From an uncultured Alphaproteobacteria bacterium (GTDB taxonomy: Bacteria > Pseudomonadota > Alphaproteobacteria > Bin95): a stretch of 64,000 nt of DNA. The notes under the pieces were generated by a model, which saw only the letters and a program-made list of their open reading frames with translations, made no database searches and was not told the DNA's origin. The stretch is from assembly GCA_938083135.1 (NCBI GenBank), contig CALLKY010000030.1, positions 8,432 to 72,431 on the forward strand, in the 5' to 3' direction. A program made the position numbers and the translations under genes. Positions 56,948 through 64,000 of this stretch are shown here, piece by piece. Numbering within the stretch: position 1 is the first letter of the stretch; each line of letters begins with the position of its first letter.

Positions 56948-58237
56948 ATGTTGAGAGCAAGGACTATCGGCCTGGGTATAGGGGCCTTGACGCTGTTTAC
57001 AGCTGCCCCTGCAATGGCGGCAGAGATCAATAGCGGCGATACCGCCTGGATTATCGTCGCGACAGCCCTGGTGCTGTTTATGACGCTGCCGGGCCTCGCA
57101 TTATTCTATGCAGGCCTTGTGCGCGCGGGGTCCGTTCTTTCTGTGATCATGCAATGTGTGATGATCGCATGCATCGCATCTGTGCTCTGGATGGTCGTTG
57201 GCTATTCGCTGGCATTTGGCGACAGCGTCGGCGGGTGGATCGGCGGCCTGGACAAGATGTTCTTTGAGGGCGTCGGGACAGATTCGGTCAACGGGACGAT
57301 CCCTGAAATCGTCTTCGCCATGTTCCAGATGACGTTCGCAATCATCACACCGGCACTAATTGTTGGCGCTTATCCCGAACGTATGAAGTTTTCGGCCATT
57401 CTAGTGTTCAGCGCTGCATGGCTGCTGCTTGTCTATGCACCGGTTGCCCATTGGGTTTGGGGTGGCGGTTGGATGGCAGCCATGGGTGTTCGCGATTTCG
57501 CGGGCGGCATTGTGGTCCATGCGACTGCAGGCGTTTCAGCGCTGATGCTGGCGAAAATGCTTGGCCCCCGTAAGGATTTCCCAAATCACCTGCGCCCTCC
57601 ACATAACCCCGGGATGACAGCAACTGGTGCTGCGATGCTCTGGGTTGGTTGGTTTGGTTTCAATGGCGGCAGTCAGCTCGCGGCAGATGGTGGTGCGGGT
57701 ATGGCGATCGCTGTCACGCATATCTCGGCAGCGACAGCGGCGATCACATGGTCCGTCATTGAATGGGTGAAGTTCGGCAAACCAAGCCTTGTAGGTGCTG
57801 TTACAGGCGTGATTGCGGGCCTTGCGACGATTACGCCGGCGAGTGGGTTTGTTGGCCCAATCGGTGCGCTAATTATCGGCGCTGCGGCTGGGGTCATCTG
57901 TTTCTATCTTGTTGGCCTCGTCAAGAACCGTTTCAAGATCGACGATTCCCTGGATGTATTCGCCGTTCATGGCGTTGGGGGCATCTTGGGCACGTTGCTC
58001 CTCGCCCCGCTAGCTGCTGTTTCACTCGGCGGCGGCGGGCAGGCTGATGGCGTATCGATGATGGACCAGCTGGGTGTACAGGCGCTTTGCGTCGCCATCG
58101 TTATCGTCTGGTCGCTTGCGGTTAGCTATGTGATCATCAAAGTAACGCAGGGCTTGTTTGGCCTCCGTGTTGATCCCGAGGATGAAAATACGGGCCTTGA
58201 TCTGCCGTCCCATGGCGAACGCGGGTATGAACTGTAA
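56948..58237 (+). CDS. amtB: Ammonium transporter (Amt family).
   Basis: A signal peptide and Amt signature regions are present (DFAGGIVVHATAGVSAL; twin-His context AVHGVGG). Confidence 0.9.
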   Translation: MLRARTIGLGIGALTLFTAAPAMAAEINSGDTAWIIVATALVLFMTLPGLALFYAGLVRAGSVLSVIMQCVMIACIASVLWMVVGYSLAFGDSVGGWIGGLDKMFFEGVGTDSVNGTIPEIVFAMFQMTFAIITPALIVGAYPERMKFSAILVFSAAWLLLVYAPVAHWVWGGGWMAAMGVRDFAGGIVVHATAGVSALMLAKMLGPRKDFPNHLRPPHNPGMTATGAAMLWVGWFGFNGGSQLAADGGAGMAIAVTHISAATAAITWSVIEWVKFGKPSLVGAVTGVIAGLATITPASGFVGPIGALIIGAAAGVICFYLVGLVKNRFKIDDSLDVFAVHGVGGILGTLLLAPLAAVSLGGGGQADGVSMMDQLGVQALCVAIVIVWSLAVSYVIIKVTQGLFGLRVDPEDENTGLDLPSHGERGYEL

Positions 58238-58267
58238 TAGGCGCTTGCCGCTGAAGGAGATAATCCG

Positions 58268-58606
58268 ATGAAGATGGTCATGGCGGTAATCAAACCGCAT
58301 AAGCTGGATGATGTTCGTGAAGCGCTGACCGGCGTTGGCGTCGCAGGCCTAACGGCGGGCGAAGTTAAAGGCTTCGGTCGCCAGCGCGGCCATACGGAAA
58401 TTTATCGTGGTGCGGAATATACTGTCAGTTTCGTGCCGAAGGTGAAGATTGAAGTGGTCGTAGCCGACAATCAGATCGAGGCTGCGGTTGAGGCAATTCA
58501 AAAATCTGCGCAATCTGGACAGATCGGCGACGGCAAGATTTTCGTCTACGATATCGCCAGCGCCGTGCGGATCCGCACGGGCGAGACGGGCGACTCAGCG
58601 CTGTAG
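58268..58606 (+). CDS. glnK: Nitrogen regulatory protein P-II.
   Basis: Near-consensus P-II with the T-loop EVKGFGRQRGHTEIYRGAEY (Tyr51). Confidence 0.9.
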   Translation: MKMVMAVIKPHKLDDVREALTGVGVAGLTAGEVKGFGRQRGHTEIYRGAEYTVSFVPKVKIEVVVADNQIEAAVEAIQKSAQSGQIGDGKIFVYDIASAVRIRTGETGDSAL

Positions 58607-58640
58607 CTCTGCGCGCCCACAATGAGAGGGCGCTAAGGCT

Positions 58641-59552
58641 TTGGGTACGCACGACTATCTAGACGATCCCCGCAACGCGGACATCCTGATCGATATTAAC
58701 GGCGAACATAAACGCCGTGCGGAGGCCATGGTCTCCGTATTCGATTCGGGCTTTATCTTGGGTGACGGCGTGTGGGAAGGCATTCGCCTGCACAATGGTG
58801 CGCTTGCATTCATGGACGCGCATATGGAGCGGCTGTGGGAAGGGGCGACGGCCATTGATATGGACCTCGGCCTCACCAAAGCTGAGCTGACGGACCGGAC
58901 TATGGCCGTCTGCGCTGCTAACGGCATGACAACTGACGTGCACATTCGACTGATGGTGACGCGCGGCATTAAATCTACGCCCTACCAACACCCACGGGTT
59001 ACGATTTCAGGGCCGACCATTGTCATCATCCCGGAATGGAAATCACCGACACCGGAAACGGCTGTGCGTCCGCTCACACTCTTCACGGTGCATGTGCGCC
59101 GGGGCGCTGCAGATGTGCAGGACCCTAAGCTCAACAGCCATTCCAAGCTGAATTGCATCCTGGCCTGCATCCAGGCGGATAAAGCGGGCGCAGATGAAGG
59201 GCTTATGCTGGACCCTGATGGGTTTGTCGCAACCTGTAATTCCGTTCACTTCTTCATCGTGAAGAAGGGTGAGATTTGGACGTCAACGGGGGATTACTGT
59301 CTGGCAGGAATCACGCGCGCCAATATCCTAGATGTCGCGCGCGAAGCTGGCATTCCAACCCACGAGCGGCGCTTCAGCCTCACCGATGTTTACAGCGCTG
59401 AGGAAGCCTTCGTTACGGGCACATTCGCTGGCGTAGCGCCAGTTGGCATTATCGATGGCCGGACCATTGGTACTGGACAGCGGGGCGTTGTCACCGAACG
59501 CCTGCAAGGGCTCTACAAGGCGTTCATTGATGCAGACTGCGCTGGCTCGTGA
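58641..59552 (+). CDS. Class IV aminotransferase (branched-chain / D-amino-acid aminotransferase or ADC-lyase fold).
   Basis: The N-terminal FDSGFILGDGVWEGIRL and the overall length fit PLP fold-type IV. TTG start. Confidence 0.75.
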   Translation: MGTHDYLDDPRNADILIDINGEHKRRAEAMVSVFDSGFILGDGVWEGIRLHNGALAFMDAHMERLWEGATAIDMDLGLTKAELTDRTMAVCAANGMTTDVHIRLMVTRGIKSTPYQHPRVTISGPTIVIIPEWKSPTPETAVRPLTLFTVHVRRGAADVQDPKLNSHSKLNCILACIQADKAGADEGLMLDPDGFVATCNSVHFFIVKKGEIWTSTGDYCLAGITRANILDVAREAGIPTHERRFSLTDVYSAEEAFVTGTFAGVAPVGIIDGRTIGTGQRGVVTERLQGLYKAFIDADCAGS

Positions 59553-60664
59553 GCCGAGGCTTCTCGCGCAGACGCATGATACAGATGGGTGGTGGGGCGG
59601 CGGCCCTGGCGCTCACTCGTAGCCGGGGGGCTGCGGCGAAAATGCGAAATGCAAAGAGCGCGGGCTTCCATCTGCCGGAAGAAAGCGAGCCGCATGTGCG
59701 GACTTTCATGCAATGGCCGGTAAGCCGGAAGGTTCACCCTGATCCGTACTTTCTCGATATGCTCCAGGATGCGATTGCGACGGTGGCCAATGTCATTGCC
59801 GAGTTCGAGCCGGTTGTCATGCTGATGGACAAGCGGTTCGCTGCAAAGGCGCGTCAGAAGCTCTCGGGCGATGTTGATATATGGGATGTCCCAACGGATG
59901 ACCTTTGGTGCCGGGACGCAGGGCCGTTATTCGTTAGGAATGATGATGGTGCGCTTGCAATTTCGCATCTGAATTTCAACGGGTGGGGTGGCAAGCAGGT
60001 TCACGCCAATGACGGCCAGATTGCGCGCCGGGTGGCAGACCGCATGGACTTGCCGTTGTTTGATAATGGCCTCGTCGGCGAGGCGGGCGGCGCAGAGGTG
60101 GATGGCCAAGGTACGCTGATTGCCCATGCCAGTAGTTGGGTGAACAGCAACCGCAATATTGGTTCAAAAGCCGCTATTGAAGCGCAGATCAAGCAAGCAT
60201 TTGGTGTGGAGAAGGTGATCTGGGCACCGGGCGTAAAAGGCGGTGACATTACGGATTATCACATCGACGCGCTGGCCCGGTTTACCGCGCCGGGCAAGGT
60301 CTTGATCCAATTGCCGGAAGACATTGATCCAGAGGATCCATGGAGCGCAGCCGCATTCGAAACCTACGATATTCTGGCCGATGCAAAGGATGCTACGGGC
60401 CGTCCGCTGCAGCTAGCTACGCTTCCAGAACCATATGACACCCGCGTCAAAAGTGCTGATTTCGTCGCCTCATACGTCAATTACTACGTCTGTAATGGTG
60501 CTGTGATTTCAGCCAATTTCGGCGATAGAGAAACAGATCGGGAAGCCGCTCGTGTGCTTGCCAATCTGTATCCTGGCCGCGAGATTGTAAGCCTCAACGT
60601 TGACCCGATTGGCGAGACTGGCGGCGGCATCCACTGCGCCACGCAACAGCAGCCAGCTGGATGA
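59549..60664 (+). CDS. Agmatine deiminase / peptidyl-arginine deiminase (PAD_porph) family, with an N-terminal Tat-like signal.
   Basis: The Tat-like signal is SRRRMIQMGGGAAALAL. Motifs DLWCRDAGP and the C-terminal GGGIHCATQQQ (catalytic Cys) are present. GTG start overlapping the upstream stop. Confidence 0.75.
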   Translation: MSRGFSRRRMIQMGGGAAALALTRSRGAAAKMRNAKSAGFHLPEESEPHVRTFMQWPVSRKVHPDPYFLDMLQDAIATVANVIAEFEPVVMLMDKRFAAKARQKLSGDVDIWDVPTDDLWCRDAGPLFVRNDDGALAISHLNFNGWGGKQVHANDGQIARRVADRMDLPLFDNGLVGEAGGAEVDGQGTLIAHASSWVNSNRNIGSKAAIEAQIKQAFGVEKVIWAPGVKGGDITDYHIDALARFTAPGKVLIQLPEDIDPEDPWSAAAFETYDILADAKDATGRPLQLATLPEPYDTRVKSADFVASYVNYYVCNGAVISANFGDRETDREAARVLANLYPGREIVSLNVDPIGETGGGIHCATQQQPAG

Positions 60665-60676
60665 TTGTCAGGAAAT

Positions 60677-61333
60677 TTAGCTGAGCAATCGCGTGCGGAT
60701 AATGTTTTCTAGGTTAGGCCAACTATCCGCTTGCTCATGTGCCGCTTCTACAGGACCAAGCAATTTCCTGAGTGTTGGATGGGTTACGTAGTGCAGGCGA
60801 TGCACGTCAGGCGCTATTTCCGCAACGCTTACATGATGATGCGCGATGTCATCGACAAAGGCACATGGGCCTTTGGTCTTGGCTGCCAGAGCGGCGACAG
60901 CGGTTCCCTTTGGACCGGACCAGGGGGCCAGCGCCATGTTAAAGGCAGATGCTTCCAGTGCGTGGCGTCGGTCATCGGCTGCCTTTGAAGGCACATTGCT
61001 GAGCACGACGGCTTGCACACCATCGGCCTGTAGGCGGGCAATGGCCGGGGCGGCGTCCGGGTCCGCTGGCATGGTGCGCGTGCGTTCGCCAAAAAAGGCT
61101 TGGATCAGCGCGCCAACGGTTTCTTTACTTGAGGCAGGGCCGCCTGGGGCATCAAGCACATTGCCGTTCAGTGCATAGCTTTTGAACTGGAAGGCGTGGC
61201 CACGGCTTTCAATGAAGTCCTGGAATGTAGCCATGAAATGAAACAGCACCTCGTCGGCATCAACGATCAAAAGCGGTTTATGCGGATCAAGATCGATCGT
61301 GCTTGCCAGTGCTTCAGCGCGCGCTTCGCTCAT
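60677..61333 (-). CDS. Hypothetical protein, possibly a HAD-like hydrolase.
   Basis: An LLIVDADEV motif (DxD) lies near the N-terminus. Otherwise unrecognised. Confidence 0.4.
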   Translation of the reverse strand: MSEARAEALASTIDLDPHKPLLIVDADEVLFHFMATFQDFIESRGHAFQFKSYALNGNVLDAPGGPASSKETVGALIQAFFGERTRTMPADPDAAPAIARLQADGVQAVVLSNVPSKAADDRRHALEASAFNMALAPWSGPKGTAVAALAAKTKGPCAFVDDIAHHHVSVAEIAPDVHRLHYVTHPTLRKLLGPVEAAHEQADSWPNLENIIRTRLLS

Positions 61334-61785
61334 GGAGAGTCCTCTATTGCTGGCGTCGGTGTGGGCTCGACTGGCGGATAGCTCGGGCGCGACAGGATGA
61401 AATATGCGACGGAGGCAAGGATGACGCCAAGGATCGCCGAAACATAAACGGGCGGCTGCCCGACGACTGTTAGCGCTGCAAAGCTGCTGAGCATTGTCAG
61501 CACTGCTGCAAACTTGGCAATCGGCGGAATAACGCCATGCCGTTCCCAGGCGATGAGCATTGGACCAAATGTCGGCTGGCTATAAATCCAGGCCCGCCAG
61601 CGTTTTGAACTTTTGCCGAATGCCCAGGCGGCAACCAAGAGAAATGGCACCGTCGGAAGGATCGGCAATACAGCGCCGGCCGCGGCAAGCGCTACCGCGA
61701 GCCACCCAAGCGCAAACCAAAATGGACGCGTCGCCTTACTGGCAAGCCGCGTCTCCGTCATCAGGTCGTCATGGGGATCGTTCAA
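61330..61785 (-). CDS. DUF454 (YbaN) family inner-membrane protein.
   Basis: The TM topology and the conserved PFWFALGWLAVALAAAGAVLPILPTVPFLL segment match the family. Confidence 0.65.
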   Translation of the reverse strand: MNDPHDDLMTETRLASKATRPFWFALGWLAVALAAAGAVLPILPTVPFLLVAAWAFGKSSKRWRAWIYSQPTFGPMLIAWERHGVIPPIAKFAAVLTMLSSFAALTVVGQPPVYVSAILGVILASVAYFILSRPSYPPVEPTPTPAIEDSP

Positions 61786-62363
61786 GCGGCGGCACCTTTG
61801 CCAAAGGGTTCGATATAGCCTTCGGGGGCCATGCGTTCTTTGTCAGGCACAGGGCCAGCGGCGCGACCGACATAGAGGAAGCCGATGATCTCATCTTCGT
61901 CCTTCATGTCGAAGAACGCCTTCACGTGAGCGTCTTGGGCGTTCTTGCCTGTTAGTAGAATTGCACCAAAGCCTTTTGCCTCCGCCGCCAGCAGCATGTT
62001 CTGAGCAGCGCACCCGGCGGCGACGATCTGTTCGACCGGCGGTACGTTCGGCCGATCAAGTGTCACCCGCGCCAGAATCGCGATGACGGTCGGTGCACGC
62101 AGTGGCCTGCCAACTTCCTTAGCGATGGCTTCCTCCGTCGCATTCGGGTCCCGGCGCCGAAGCGCTTCGGCGAAGACTTGGCCAAGCGTCGCCCGATCCT
62201 CGCCTTCGATAATGACGAAGCGCCAAGGGCGGATGGCACCATGATCGGGCGCTGTCATCGCCGCGCACATCATATCCTGCACGTCAGCGGGTGAGGGGCC
62301 TTGATCATCCATCAAGCGGGGTGGCGTTGATTTGCGGTTGAGCAAAGCCTCAAGCACGGTCAT
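61782..62363 (-). CDS. Nitroreductase-family protein.
   Basis: NRKSTPP...AAQNMLLAAEAKGFG is present. Confidence 0.75.
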   Translation of the reverse strand: MTVLEALLNRKSTPPRLMDDQGPSPADVQDMMCAAMTAPDHGAIRPWRFVIIEGEDRATLGQVFAEALRRRDPNATEEAIAKEVGRPLRAPTVIAILARVTLDRPNVPPVEQIVAAGCAAQNMLLAAEAKGFGAILLTGKNAQDAHVKAFFDMKDEDEIIGFLYVGRAAGPVPDKERMAPEGYIEPFGKGAAA

Positions 62364-62484
62364 CGCTGGCGTCTCCTAAATAATGAGCCTTGGGTGGGTT
62401 ACTTTACCAATATGGCGCAGATGCCTTGAGATTGTATCATCGCTGCAAATTAATTTCCCGCTTTGCTTCGGAGACGTATCAACC

Positions 62485-63705
62485 ATGTCCGCCCCATTGC
62501 CCAAAGGCCCGTTAGATGGCGTCCGCATTATTGACCTGACAACGGTGATGTTTGGACCTTATTGCACTCAAATATTGGCGGAGATGGGTGCTGATGTCAT
62601 CAAGATCGAGCAGCCTGCGGGGGATACATCGCGCCATGTGGGCCCGGGCCGCAGCCCAGGCATGTCTGGCGGATACCTCACCAAGGCCCGCAATAAGCGT
62701 TCAATCATGCTGGACCTGAAGCAGGATGCCGCAAAGCCAATTTTTGCGAAGTTGATCGCGGGCGCAGACGCCTTTGTCCACAATATTCGCCCCAAACCTG
62801 CAGCCCGGATTGGGATCGACTATGAAACGGTGCAGGCAATCAATAAGGAGATCGTCTATTGCGCTGCTACCGGGTTCCGGCCCGAGGGCCCTTATGCAGA
62901 CAAGGCGGCGTATGACGACTTGATCCAAGGCCTTTCAGGATTTGCGTCGCTGAATGGCAAGGTCTCCGGCGGTGAGCCGCGTTATGCGCCAAGTGTGATT
63001 GTCGACAAAGTGTCAGGCCTGTTTGCAAGCTATGCCGTGATGATGGCGCTGTTCCACCGGGAGCGCACCGGTGAAGGCCAACGGGTTGATGTGGGGATGT
63101 TTGAGGCGTTCACCGCCTTCTTGATGCAAGAACACTTGCAGGGACGCGCTTTTGAGCCGCCAATCGGCCCTGCCGGATACTCCCGCCTGCTGACAACCCA
63201 TCGGCGTCCATACAAGACGGCGGACAGTTATGTATGTGTGGTGCCTTATACAGACAGGCACTGGCGCTCATTTTTCCGTATCGTCGGGCGTCCAGAACTG
63301 GCGGCGGATGAACGCTTCGCAACGATCGCCAATCGGACTGTTCACATCGATGCGCTCTACGAGATTGTGGCGGACTCACTAACCGTGCGGACAACGTCTG
63401 AATGGCTGGAAGCGCTCGCCGAGGCCGATATTGCTGCTATGCCGATGCATGATGTGGAGAGCGTGATTGATGATCCACATATTCAGGCAATTGGGTTGTT
63501 CTCCGAGCATGAGCACCCAACTGAGGGCAAAGTCCGCTACATTGAAGCGCCAGTGCGGCTTTCAAAAACGCCTGGGGGGCTGCGCCATCACGCAGATCGT
63601 CTCGGCCAAAGCAGCGTGCCAATCCTGGAGGAAATCGGGCTGAATGAAACGGAGATTGAAGCCTTGATCGCAGCAGGCGTCACCAAAGATGGCAGGCCCG
63701 AATGA
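62485..63705 (+). CDS. CoA-transferase family III (CaiB/BaiF), second copy.
   Basis: The N-terminus LDGVRIIDLTTVMFGPYCTQILAEMGADVIKIE is diagnostic. Start at the ATG with a GGAGACG RBS. Confidence 0.85.
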   Translation: MSAPLPKGPLDGVRIIDLTTVMFGPYCTQILAEMGADVIKIEQPAGDTSRHVGPGRSPGMSGGYLTKARNKRSIMLDLKQDAAKPIFAKLIAGADAFVHNIRPKPAARIGIDYETVQAINKEIVYCAATGFRPEGPYADKAAYDDLIQGLSGFASLNGKVSGGEPRYAPSVIVDKVSGLFASYAVMMALFHRERTGEGQRVDVGMFEAFTAFLMQEHLQGRAFEPPIGPAGYSRLLTTHRRPYKTADSYVCVVPYTDRHWRSFFRIVGRPELAADERFATIANRTVHIDALYEIVADSLTVRTTSEWLEALAEADIAAMPMHDVESVIDDPHIQAIGLFSEHEHPTEGKVRYIEAPVRLSKTPGGLRHHADRLGQSSVPILEEIGLNETEIEALIAAGVTKDGRPE

Positions 63706-63878
63706 CCCGGCCAATCAACCTGAACCGGTTTCGCAAAGCCAAGCGCAAGACTGAGAAAACCGAACAAGCAGCCGCAAACCGCGTGAAGTTCGGCCGCACG
63801 AAAGCGGAGAAGGCCAAGGATGCGGCGGCGAAGGCCAAATCAGCCGATCACGTGGACGCATCAAAGCTAGAAGAGTAA
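63702..63878 (+). CDS. Small basic protein (58 aa), DUF4169-like.
   Basis: An ATGA start-stop overlap with the upstream gene. The product is MTRPINLNRFRKAKRKTEKTEQAAANRVKFGRTKAEKAKD.... Confidence 0.4.
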   Translation: MTRPINLNRFRKAKRKTEKTEQAAANRVKFGRTKAEKAKDAAAKAKSADHVDASKLEE

Positions 63879-63906
63879 TCTGTTAGCCACAGCCCAAGGA
63901 GGTGAG

Positions 63907-64000
63907 GATGAATACTGCACCTAGAACCCTAGAAGCCTTATTTGACCAAGTTCGCGCGCTAGACGAACAACAGCAGGCCTGGATCGCAGAACGGCTTGAA
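63907..64000 (+). CDS. 3'-truncated hypothetical CDS.
   Basis: A strong RBS (CAAGGAGGTGAGG-ATG). The ORF runs off the end of the window. Confidence 0.3.

Noticed and set aside
1-64000. CRISPR arrays, IS elements or integrase-associated islands.
   Set aside because: I saw no direct-repeat/spacer periodicity, no transposase or integrase ORFs, and no tRNA-flanked compositionally atypical block.

Overview
This is a high-GC (about 60%), gene-dense chromosomal segment. Gene content and order look alphaproteobacterial: flagellar export genes, a CckA-like hybrid kinase, recA followed by alaS, and amtB next to a P-II gene.

Features by region:
- 1-8.3 kb: a flagellar class-II style locus (fliP, fliO, an FlhB-C-like small gene, csrA | flgB, flgC, fliE, fliQ, fliR, flhB) that runs into a CckA-like hybrid histidine kinase.
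- 8.4-19.7 kb: housekeeping genes (recA with candidate SOS boxes, alaS, thiolase, an MFS transporter, folE), a parDE-type toxin-antitoxin pair, an aminotransferase, and a D-carbamoylase next to a hydantoin-racemase-family gene.
- 20-23.3 kb: a nitronate monooxygenase, a flavodoxin-like reductase, a LuxR-family gene split by a frameshift, and an outer-membrane beta-barrel gene.
- 23.4-33.5 kb: six consecutive same-strand genes whose N-termini all look like signal peptides, most of them tightly packed or overlapping. The 1143-aa member has a poly-Pro linker and a eukaryotic-like protein-kinase-fold domain. This is the best candidate for an undescribed cell-envelope system in the window.
- 33.5-64 kb: mostly metabolic genes (argG, metY, thrC, dut, coaBC, moeB, acyl-CoA dehydrogenase, two CaiB-type CoA transferases, an amidase, amtB-glnK, agmatine deiminase, UbiD-PPK2-SDR), plus a degenerate histidine-kinase-like gene.

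I found no rRNA, tRNA, CRISPR array or obvious mobile element.

All functional calls come from recognisable protein motifs in the supplied translations. No database searches were run.
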